DNA of 64,000 bases from an uncultured Thermoprotei archaeon (GTDB lineage Archaea > Thermoproteota > Thermoprotei > Thermofilales > B15-G2), in assembly GCA_965367815.1 (NCBI GenBank), contig CBDUKN010000006.1, forward strand, positions 32,001 through 96,000, in the 5' to 3' direction. Below the pieces are notes generated by a model. That model saw only the letters and a list, made by a program, of their open reading frames with translations. It had not been told where the DNA came from and made no database searches. Shown one piece after another: positions 38,705-47,406 of this stretch. Within the stretch, counting starts at the first letter, position 1; every line of letters starts with the position of its first letter. Position numbers and translations under genes: made by a program.

Positions 38705-40642
38705 TTGTACAGAAGATCGCCTATTAGTACTGCAGTCGAATACTATAGGAAGCTTAAAGAAACGGAGTTTATTGAAGTGCTGTCTGCTGAAGAACTTAAA
38801 GCTAATTATAGCAGAAAAGATTTAGTAAAGTATATCGATTTTCTGTCAAAACTCCGTAGCGAAGTACTCTCAGCAGACCTATATCCACACCACCGCAAAG
38901 ATATCTTAGCCAAAATAGATAGAAGACTAAGTAAACTAAAAGTAGTTCTAAGCGGAGGCAAAGAAACTCCAATGCTGGAAATTCTAATTGAAGCAGATAA
39001 AAGTGAAGTATTTGAAGAGGAAGTAGCAAAAATATCGTGTCTGCTTGTAAACAACTATTTTAGAGAAGCTAAAGTAATATTGAGCTTAGAGGGAGTCGGA
39101 GTATCTTTTCCAAAAGGCAGGAGCTACACTGTATATCTTGCTTCAGGCGAAAAATACTCACTAGAAATACCTGCTGTAGCCGAGAAAACAGGAGAAGCTA
39201 CTATAGGACCTATTGTAGCTGAAGCAACTTTCTCTGACGGCAAAAGAATTAACGTAAAGTCAAAGCTACTTAAGATTAAGGTTAAGCCGTATAGACCTAT
39301 GCTTGAAGTAGTGCGTAGAGTTAAGTCTAAAAACATTATAGAAGGAAAACCAGCTGAAGTAGAAATTATTCTTCGTAATGTAGGTACAACTGCTCTTGGC
39401 GTAAGTGTAGTAGAACCTATAGAAGGTATGAAAATTGAAGGCGAGTACAAGTGGAGAGGTGTACTCAAGCCCGGCGAAGAAAAAGTACTTAAGTATAAGA
39501 TATACTTGCCCTCTGGTTCACATACACTACCTTCAACTAAAGTAATATACAGAGATCCTCGAGGAAGCACTTGGGAGAAACTGCTTAAAGAAGAAGTAAT
39601 TGAAGTAAAGCCTATTGAAGCGGAGAAAACAGACTATAACTCTCTCATAGACCTATTTTTCAAAAGTGCTTTTTCAGCAGGATTAGGCTATTTAGTAGGA
39701 AAATATATTGTAGGGAAAAAGCTTCCCGAGATAAAGAAGTACTCTAAGCCAGTTTTTATTCAAGGAAACATACCTTGGAAGAAAATTGAGGTTAAAGGAC
39801 AAGAAGTAACAATTATATTTGAACATCCTATAGCGACTGTTACAGAAGATAGAGGTAGCTATATTGCATTAAGGCCGGCTACTCTAGAAGAAATATTATT
39901 GGCTACAGATATCCACTTAGCCAGAACACTTCAGCTAGAATTCTGTACAAAAGTTGAAAACATTTTTAAGTACTGGAGACCCAGACTAGGGGGAGAAGTT
40001 AATTTAAGTTATAAGAGAATAGATTTATCTAAGGAAGAAAAAGAAGCTATTAGAAAAGAATTAGAAGCAAAAAGAGAAGTTATTAATGAAAAGAAATTAA
40101 GTATGCTTCCCGAAAACACTCTACTAGAATTTATTTATTACATGGGAGGCTTTTTCCGGAAAAAAGAGTTCGCCATATATGTGCTTACTTACTCTAGACT
40201 TAAAAAACTCTTTTACAATGAAATAGACCACAAGCCTCTAGCTAAAGCTGAAGCCCTTAAGGCTATAGAGAAGAGAATTAGAAAAGATATAGAGTATGTA
40301 CTCATATTAGCTTCTCCTACTGGCTGGGATCAGAAAAGTATAGAGGAAGTAGAGTCATTTATTCTACCTAACTCTCACATACTTCTAGTAGATCTCAAGA
40401 CTGGTGAAGTATACTTTAATAAAAACGACCCTATTGCCTGTGAAATAGCCTCACTTATAGCTAAAGAAACTACAGGTCTTCCACCTATACCTAAAGAAGC
40501 TAGAAAAGAATTCGATAAACTCACAGAAATGCTTGTTAAAGGAGAAATAAACGAAAAAGAATATTTAAATAAAATATTAGAGCTTCTAGGAGTTAAAATA
40601 AAAGTTAAAGAAAAAGCTAGCAGAGCTAGCTTTTTGCTCTAA
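38705..40642 (+). CDS. Large multidomain protein: helical bundle, two Ig-like domains, hydrophobic helix, alpha/beta domain, SHOCT-like tail
   Basis: ILRNVG...LKPGEEKVLKY (DUF11/BatD-like), SAGLGYLVGK, LASPTGW..LLVDLKTG, LVKGEINEKEY. Confidence 0.8.
   Translation: MYRRSPISTAVEYYRKLKETEFIEVLSAEELKANYSRKDLVKYIDFLSKLRSEVLSADLYPHHRKDILAKIDRRLSKLKVVLSGGKETPMLEILIEADKSEVFEEEVAKISCLLVNNYFREAKVILSLEGVGVSFPKGRSYTVYLASGEKYSLEIPAVAEKTGEATIGPIVAEATFSDGKRINVKSKLLKIKVKPYRPMLEVVRRVKSKNIIEGKPAEVEIILRNVGTTALGVSVVEPIEGMKIEGEYKWRGVLKPGEEKVLKYKIYLPSGSHTLPSTKVIYRDPRGSTWEKLLKEEVIEVKPIEAEKTDYNSLIDLFFKSAFSAGLGYLVGKYIVGKKLPEIKKYSKPVFIQGNIPWKKIEVKGQEVTIIFEHPIATVTEDRGSYIALRPATLEEILLATDIHLARTLQLEFCTKVENIFKYWRPRLGGEVNLSYKRIDLSKEEKEAIRKELEAKREVINEKKLSMLPENTLLEFIYYMGGFFRKKEFAIYVLTYSRLKKLFYNEIDHKPLAKAEALKAIEKRIRKDIEYVLILASPTGWDQKSIEEVESFILPNSHILLVDLKTGEVYFNKNDPIACEIASLIAKETTGLPPIPKEARKEFDKLTEMLVKGEINEKEYLNKILELLGVKIKVKEKASRASFLL
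40611..40635. terminator. Bidirectional hairpin AAAAAGCTAGC-AGA-GCTAGCTTTTT between convergent genes
   Basis: Perfect 11-bp inverted repeat giving a T5 run on each strand. Confidence 0.5.
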
Positions 40643-41001
40643 TGACTGCTCCTAATACTCCTCCTACAAGCCCTATTAGAGCTCCTTTGAGCGAAAGAAC
40701 GACTACTAGTAAAGCTAATCCTATTCCAGCATGAGGTGCATAGGGAGCTAGAGGAGGAATTACTATTGTTAAGAGAAACGGGGAAAAGAATTGCTACTAG
40801 TGTTGCGAGAATAAGACTTCCAAGTATACCCGCTAAGAAGCCTGCAAGAGCACCTCTACCCATTCCGCCTCCAGCTATAAAGCCTGCAATAAGCCCTGCT
40901 ATGAAGTCTCCTATAAGCGGTAAAGGACCACTTAATACTGCGTGTAGAATAAAGCCAACTATTACTCCAAGCAAAAAGTTGCCTTTTGTGGTGGTCATCA
41001 C
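40626..41001 (-). pseudogene. Gly-rich membrane protein (DUF5518-like), one frameshift
   Basis: IAGLIAGFIAGG..GALAGFLAGILG; final TM GIGLALLVV...GLVGGVLGAVIRAKS lies in another frame. Confidence 0.7.
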
Positions 41002-41376
41002 ATTACTTAAACATAGGTGAAATAAAAATTTAACTTAAATGACTTTAGTCGCATTAAAATTACTTCACAAGCTTTATCTTCGAGAATCTTCAATCGAAAA
41101 TAGTTTTCTCTTTGTTCTAAACCAGATAATTATAATACTTGTTGAAAATCTCCTTCATTGGACTGTCAACAGAAAACAAAATTACTCTATTAAAGTTCTC
41201 AAAAATTTCAAGAACTAGAATACTTTTAAAAGTAATAAACATTAGAGTTTATTTAAATGAGCTACATGGGGGTTATAAGTTTAAAAAGTTTTAGAGGAGT
41301 ATTACTGAGACTTTAATAAATGCTTACTTGAAATTTAATTAAATGTAAAGAAGAATAGTTCTTTTAGGGAGTTTAA

Positions 41377-42133
41377 ATGAAAGGAATTAGAGTAGTGTTT
41401 AGGAGCCCTCATGCATCTCATGTGACAGTGAGTGCAGAGAAAGTGTTTTTCTGTGCCAGAAGACTTAAGTCTCGAGGAGGCATCGTTTTTTGCTTTAGGA
41501 GCAATATGTTTACAAGGCGTTAGAAAAGCGGGAGTTGAGATAGGTGAATCTGCTTTAGTTATAGGATTAGGGCTTGTCGGCCAGCTTACGGTTCAGCTTT
41601 TAAAACTTAGTGGTGCTATGCCTGTAATAGGGCTAGACCTATATGAGGGAAGACTTAAGTTAGCGAGAAAATTGGGAGCAGATTATGTTTTTAATCCTTC
41701 TAAAGTAGACGTCGAAAAAGAGATCCTTAGGTTAACCGAAGGTAAAGGAGCTTCGCTCACAATAGAGGCTTCCGGTAGCCCCGAAGCTGTAAATCTAGCA
41801 TTCAGGCTTACGAGAAAGTTAGGTAGAGTAGTTTTGCTTGGGAGTAGTAGAGGCGAGACTACTGTAGATTTCTATAGAGATATTCATAGGAAAGGGCTTC
41901 ATGTAATAGGGGCACACGTGTCTACAGTGCCTGAAGTAGAATCTTTTAGATACTACTGGACTCTCAAGGACGAGATAAAAACGTTCTTTAAGCTTCTTAA
42001 AATGAGAAGCCTCAATGTTAAGGACCTTATATCAGTTAAGTTAAGTTTCAAAGACGCGGGTGAAGCTTACGAGTTGCTGAGAAAAGAAAAAGACAGAGTT
42101 ATAGGAGTCCTCTTGGACTGGACTAGTGCCTAA
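41377..42133 (+). pseudogene. MDR/zinc-type alcohol dehydrogenase with internal deletion and frameshift
   Basis: ATG 41377 MKGIRVVFRSP joins directly to HASHV (most of the GroES-like domain absent); T5 slip before SVPEDL; GLGLVG Rossmann motif intact. Confidence 0.8.
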
Positions 42134-42221
42134 GTTTAAGTATTCTAGAATACAGTGTTATCCGGTTAACTAAACAACTTTTACATATTTGAGCAATAGT
42201 ATTGTTACTTGGTGGATCTAA

Positions 42222-42458
42222 TTGATTGCTATTGGTCGAGTGGGCTCGAAAGGAGAGCTTTTTCCTCCTAAAGAAATTAGAGAAAAGTTAGGTCTCAGAC
42301 CTCACATGAAGGTAATTTATAGAGTTGAGAAAGGGAGGCTTATTGTTGGGCCTATTCCAAGTATAGAAGATGTCCTTAAGGAGCCTTGCGAAGTAGAAAT
42401 AACTTTAGAAGGGTTTCATAGGTTTAGGAAAAAGCTTTCACATGAAGCTGAATCATGA
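42222..42458 (+). CDS. AbrB/MazE antitoxin
   Basis: RVGSKGELFPPKEIREKLGL. Confidence 0.85.
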   Translation: MIAIGRVGSKGELFPPKEIREKLGLRPHMKVIYRVEKGRLIVGPIPSIEDVLKEPCEVEITLEGFHRFRKKLSHEAES

Positions 42459-42930
42459 AAATCTTGCTAGATACGACCTACTTTTTACCTGTAACAGGAA
42501 TTTCTGTAAAGAATTTTCCGGTAATATTGTTGTAGATTTAATAAACGAAAAGTGTACCATTTTGATGAGCGAAATTACTCTCCTTGAAATTTTAGCTAAG
42601 GGAGCTAAATATGTTGCATCGAGTCTTCTTAGAGCTGAAAGAGTAATTAAAGGTATAAGGTCTCTTTTATATGATGATAGAGTTCATAAGATCCCTATAC
42701 ACGATACTTATGTGCTACTGACTGCTTTAGAACTAAGAAAACTGCTGAACGACTTCATAGACTGTCTTATTCTTTCAGCAACCATAAATTATGCTAATAT
42801 TCTATTGACAGGAGACGAAGATATTCACAGGCTACTAGGTAATGAAAAATTCTTGGAAATAGTTCAAGAAATAAACCCAGAGTTTAAAATAATGTGTTAT
42901 AGTGAACTCGAAAAGATTTTAAGTGAATAG
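42455..42930 (+). pseudogene. vapC: PIN-domain VapC toxin, frameshifted near the 5' end
   Basis: True start MKILLDTTYFLP at the ATGA overlap is out of frame with SEITLLE...DFIDCLI...LLTGD. Confidence 0.8.
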
Positions 42931-43017
42931 ACTTTTAAGATGCTGTTAATGCTTGTTTCTGCTTCAATAGTAATACTTCTGCATTATATTGAATACATAT
43001 AAGTAGCTTGTAGTACA

Positions 43018-43308
43018 GTGTTATATGTGTTGTCAAAAGAACCTATTGATTTAAGTAAAGTGAGTAAAGAAGACGTTGATAAAGAAATTTTGCGGCTAGG
43101 TATTATTGCTGAATTAGACGCTATTAGTCTTTATGAGCAGCTAGCAGCTATGACGAGTAATGAGAAAATAAAGAAAGTTCTCCTTGATATTGCTAAAGAA
43201 GAAAAAACTCATGTAGGGGAGTTCTTAGCCTTACTACTTAAACTTGATGAAGAACAAGCTAGAGAGCTCGAGGAGGGGCGCAAGGAAGTAGAAGAAATTA
43301 CCGGATAA
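43018..43308 (+). CDS. Ferritin-like protein (encapsulated ferritin/rubrerythrin-type)
   Basis: AELDAISLYEQ...DIAKEEKTHVGEF di-iron motifs. Confidence 0.88.
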   Translation: MLYVLSKEPIDLSKVSKEDVDKEILRLGIIAELDAISLYEQLAAMTSNEKIKKVLLDIAKEEKTHVGEFLALLLKLDEEQARELEEGRKEVEEITG

Positions 43309-43309
43309 A

Positions 43310-43359
43310 TCAGCAACGGGGCATTTCATCATAGCTCAAGCGTCTCTACCTCTCATCAT
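43310..43359 (-). ncRNA. Box C/D methylation guide sRNA
   Basis: Minus strand: ATGATGA (C) gaggtagagacgc TTGA (D') gct ATGATGA (C') aatgccccgttg CTGA (D); intergenic. Confidence 0.85.
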
Positions 43360-43592
43360 AGCATAATAGTAGTAATAATACCTAGGTTTATTTTTATTGA
43401 CTTTATTACTAGTGCCGTCAAATTTAATCATCTCTTTGTGCTATGATTTAAGTCTTTCTAGCTTATTTGCTCTCAAGCATAGAGCGTGGAGTCTCTAGTC
43501 AAAAACTTCACTTGATAGCACTCTCTACGTAGAGTCTCTACTCAAGAAAGATTTATTATTTTGAATTTTGTGTTTTTATTGGGGCTTGGTAT

Positions 43593-44003
43593 TTGAGTGA
43601 GGAGGTTTTGTCTGTTGTTTTAGCTGAAGTTTCTAAGGTTATTTTAAATAAGGTTAAGAAGGGTAAGAAGCTTACTGCTGAGGAAATACTCCTACTATAC
43701 TTGGATTTAATGTATAGAGAAATAGGTGATCTCAGAAGCGAAATAAGAGAACTAAATAATGAAGTAAACAATCTACGTAGCGAAGTAAACAAGAGATTTA
43801 TTGAAGTAAACAGTAGATTTGATGGGGTTAATAAAAGAATAGATAATAACTATTTAGAGATTTCGAAGAAAATTGATGATATTAATAAGAGAATAGATTT
43901 AATTCACTTAGAGTTATCTAAGAAAATCGACGATATAAATAGAAGAATAGATGAAACAAACAAAAGAATAGATAAAGTATACGAGCTTTTAATCAAGAAA
44001 TAA
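43593..44003 (+). CDS. PaREP-like coiled-coil repeat protein
   Basis: KGKKLTAEEILLLYLD head followed by INKRID/TNKRID repeats. Confidence 0.8.
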   Translation: MSEEVLSVVLAEVSKVILNKVKKGKKLTAEEILLLYLDLMYREIGDLRSEIRELNNEVNNLRSEVNKRFIEVNSRFDGVNKRIDNNYLEISKKIDDINKRIDLIHLELSKKIDDINRRIDETNKRIDKVYELLIKK

Positions 44004-44426
44004 CATATAGCAGTAAATTAATTAAATTCACAAATATTCAAGAGGACAAAGAAAAGAAAAGTTAAGCTGAGTGCTTCTTTTAACTTATAAATTTATGAAG
44101 AATTAAAATAATCTGGTTTTAATAGCATAGTCTGCTATTTTCTCAGGAATTGGATCTTTATTATAAGTAGTTATATCAAGTAACTTGTTCTTACTTAAAT
44201 AGTTTTAATTCATATATATTCTCTCAGTAAAGCAATATTGCTTCTACTAGTACTTCGTATAGCTTAACTGAGACTTATTTCCTTAAAAGTTCTTCTTTCT
44301 ACTCTGCTTTAGTTTAGCGTAGCGTTCTGTATCTTTACTTATTTGACTCGTATTTTCACAAGCGATTTTCTATATGTTAGAATAATTATTTTAATAAAAC
44401 TAGACAATTACTAGAAGTGTGAAAAC

Positions 44427-45236
44427 ATGATTAAGGTGCTATATGCCGGAGACGCGGGTGTCGTTATCGGTCCTATAATATTCGAGTCGCCGTTTATTAT
44501 CGAGATAAAGGACGTGTACGTTCGAGACTGGAGCCACTACCTTATAAATGCTGTCAAAGAGACTGACCCAGAAATATCCTTTGACTATATTCACTCAATA
44601 GATGCCTACAGACGTTTTCCAAGAAAATATGAGGACTTAAAGAAATACGACGTAATAATTCTAAGTGATGTGTCTAGTGAGGTATTAGCCTTCTACCCCG
44701 AATTCTTCCCTATAGAAGAGCTTAGAGAAGTCGAGTTACTTGAGAAACATAAGTACGTGGGAATGCCTAATAGGCTAAAACTAATTAAAAGATTCACTGA
44801 AGAAGGAGGCGGCCTCTTGATGGGCGGTGGCTGGTATTCTTTCTCAGGGCGATTCGGGCAAGGAGCATGGTACGATACTCCTGTAGCCGAAGTTCTTCCA
44901 GTGAAAATAAGTAAACTTGATGACCGCGTTGAAGCCCCAGATGGAGCCTTCGTAAAAGTCATCGATAAAGATCATCCAGTTACTAGAGGCCTGCCGTGGG
45001 AGACTTGTCCACCGTTCTTAGGCTACAATAAAGTCGAGCCAAAAGAAAACGCCAAAGTATTAGCAGTTATAGGGGATGACGAAGACCCGTTCATAGTTGT
45101 TGGAGAATACGGTAAGGGAAGAGTTATGGCGTTTACTTCAGATCCAGTACTGCACTGGGGCATAAACTTCATTAAATGGAAATACTACGGCAAATTCTGG
45201 GCTCAAACACTAAGATGGTTAGCTAAAAAAGACTAG
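44427..45236 (+). CDS. Class I glutamine amidotransferase-like protein (DUF1355 type)
   Basis: YDVIILSD, GGGLLMGGG.YSF.G, VLPV, DDRVE.PDG, GYN, GKGR. Confidence 0.85.
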   Translation: MIKVLYAGDAGVVIGPIIFESPFIIEIKDVYVRDWSHYLINAVKETDPEISFDYIHSIDAYRRFPRKYEDLKKYDVIILSDVSSEVLAFYPEFFPIEELREVELLEKHKYVGMPNRLKLIKRFTEEGGGLLMGGGWYSFSGRFGQGAWYDTPVAEVLPVKISKLDDRVEAPDGAFVKVIDKDHPVTRGLPWETCPPFLGYNKVEPKENAKVLAVIGDDEDPFIVVGEYGKGRVMAFTSDPVLHWGINFIKWKYYGKFWAQTLRWLAKKD

Positions 45237-46171
45237 CTTTCTTTAAACTTTCTCGAATATATTTTTGTTATGTAGAGATAATTGTACCCGTATTCTAGGC
45301 TAGACTCTATTTCAGTTCCTTCAAGCCACTCATTCCACGAAGTTATTAGTATCCAGTCTGCACCAGCTTTAAAAGAGGTCTTCCGGCAGTCAATATAGTA
45401 TCTGCCGCCTTCACGCGGTATAAAGATTCCTGGCTGTCTAATTCTCCTATCATCATATCCTGGGCAGACAGTAGCAGCGAATAGTTTGTTTTTCTCCTTT
45501 ATTTCCTTCGAAACTTCTAGGTAAATGTCTTCTAGTGGTATTCCTCGCTTAGAGTAGCGGACTGGAGTATAGATGTGGAGACCATCGAATACTTCCAAGT
45601 AGTTTAAGTCGAAAGTGTCTCCTAAGAGAAAGAATTCATGATTCTTTTCAAGCTTCTCTCTAATGTACTTCCACTCTTTAACTGAATACTGGTCTGCAAT
45701 ATATATTACGAGTAACGGCTTGCCGTCGACTTTTATCCAAGATTCTTTCGAGGCATATTCCTCTAAAAGTCTTTTAAGATCACTATAAATTCTTTCAATA
45801 GCAGCCTCTCTTTTCTCATCTCTTAGCTTTAAGGTCATAGCTGTCTCATAGTATATCGTGATGAAGTTTTTTGGAGCAAGATTGAGAAGTTTCTATAGAG
45901 CTTTATGTGAATAGTGTTCAAATCCCCACCACGATAATATAAAGCCATCTATTTCAGCAAACTCTGCTTGTCGAAGATGTCTTCTTAGAGTATATTCGTC
46001 GCAGCTATCATACACTCCATCCAAGGGATACTCTGCTGTAGCAATTTGTCGCCTGCCCCATACAACTATATCAGGGTTGTAGCCAACAGCATTCCAGCCA
46101 AGCCACTTACTAGCGGGACCCCAGGGAGTGCCGTACCAAGCATAGTAAAAAGTCAAGACTTTCTTTTCCAT
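45233..46171 (-). pseudogene. GH99-like endo-alpha-mannosidase interrupted by one in-frame TAG
   Basis: FYYAWY, YDS, IDGFILSWW, IYYE, PGYDD, ITSWNEWLEGTEIE; the two ORFs share a frame, with TAG at 45893-45895. Confidence 0.85.
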
Positions 46172-46312
46172 TTTAACACCAATTAAGAGGCCGGCGAGTT
46201 TATATAAGTTTAACAAAGAAATGTGTTTTATGGCCTTGTTTAACAAAGATACATGTTCTGCTAACACCTATATTTCCTAATACTATTTCAGCTTAGCTTA
46301 CTTAATGTAAGC

Positions 46313-47335
46313 TCAGAGAGTAGCTATGTTTTTAGCCTTTCCTTGTTTCCACTGGTATAGTTTAATTTCTCCATTTGATATTTTGATAAATGTGTTGCAG
46401 AGTGCTTCTTTTTCACGTATCCAGCTTCCAGTGTTTGCAATTAGTAGGTTGTTCCACTTTATTACTCCTGGTACGTGAGTGTGTCCAAAAATTATTCCGT
46501 CTAAAGGATTTATTATACTTTTATAGAATTCTATATATTTTACGAAAGATTTTTTCTTAATTAGCTGACCTAATGTCTTTCCACGAGTTCTTCCTTTAAG
46601 TACACTTGCTGATAGCGGTTTTATTAGAAGGTACCAGAACTTGCTTTGTAGTGTTCTCCATACTAGTATTATGAGGGGTAGAATTAGCACTGCTGAAGCA
46701 TAGTAGAATATTAGGTCCAGTGGATGCGGTAACGGCGGCGTGACATACACTAATGTCACTGTAGATAAGGCGGATAGTATAGCTATACCCCATTCTAGCG
46801 GACCTGGTAGTGCTAAGAGTGCTTCCGAAAGGGTATAGATGTAGGACTGTATTTTCCATAATCCTTTAGTTGCAAGAAATAGTCTGTCAAATTGGTGTCC
46901 ATGAATTAAGAGGAATGTTTTTCCACCTGACTTGAGTAAGAAAAAGTCTGGTACTACGTAGATGTCTCCTTTACTACTTCTCAGAGCTATCTTAGCTACA
47001 ATTCTGTCATGGTTTCCTGCTGCATAGACTATCGTAGCGTCTAGCTTCATCAGCTCTCGTATAAATTCATAAGAAGAATTCATTAAGTCTGAAGCATCTG
47101 CTTGCCAGAAATCGAAAATGTCTCCTAGGAGTACTACTAGCTTTATTTGCTTGCCTTTTTCTCTAATGTATTCGGCTAGTTTTGCGAGCTGCCTATAACT
47201 TGTCGCATAATTACCTTTTATTCTGAGCCCGAAGTGCGTGTCAGAAATAATTATTGCTTCTTCTCCCTCTTCGAGAACTATTTTAAGCACAGTTTTTCCG
47301 TTTAGCTCTGCTGACTCCACTTTCAATGTGATCAC
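46313..47335 (-). CDS. Metallophosphoesterase (LpxH-like) with an inserted TM hairpin
   Basis: SDTH, LGDIFD, GNHD, HGH, GHTH, NTGSW; two hydrophobic segments between HGH and GHTH. Confidence 0.88.
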   Translation of the reverse strand: MITLKVESAELNGKTVLKIVLEEGEEAIIISDTHFGLRIKGNYATSYRQLAKLAEYIREKGKQIKLVVLLGDIFDFWQADASDLMNSSYEFIRELMKLDATIVYAAGNHDRIVAKIALRSSKGDIYVVPDFFLLKSGGKTFLLIHGHQFDRLFLATKGLWKIQSYIYTLSEALLALPGPLEWGIAILSALSTVTLVYVTPPLPHPLDLIFYYASAVLILPLIILVWRTLQSKFWYLLIKPLSASVLKGRTRGKTLGQLIKKKSFVKYIEFYKSIINPLDGIIFGHTHVPGVIKWNNLLIANTGSWIREKEALCNTFIKISNGEIKLYQWKQGKAKNIATL

Positions 47336-47406
47336 CGTTCAGCGTTCGAAAAACAGTACCTCCCTGTATATTTAACTAGCTTTCAAACACTTAAGCTGTT
47401 TGCTTA

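Noticed and set aside
43730-43980. DNA repeats such as AATAAAAGAATAGAT
   Set aside because: They encode the NKRID coiled-coil repeats of the protein
29680-44420. Integrated virus or plasmid
   Set aside because: No integrase, replication or capsid gene and no att repeats found
45893-45895. Pyrrolysine recoding of TAG
   Set aside because: TAG is a common true stop in this window, no pyl genes are present, and pseudogenes are frequent
45916-45925. tRNA T-loop-like GTTCAAATCC
   Set aside because: Lies inside the GH99 coding region with no cloverleaf stems
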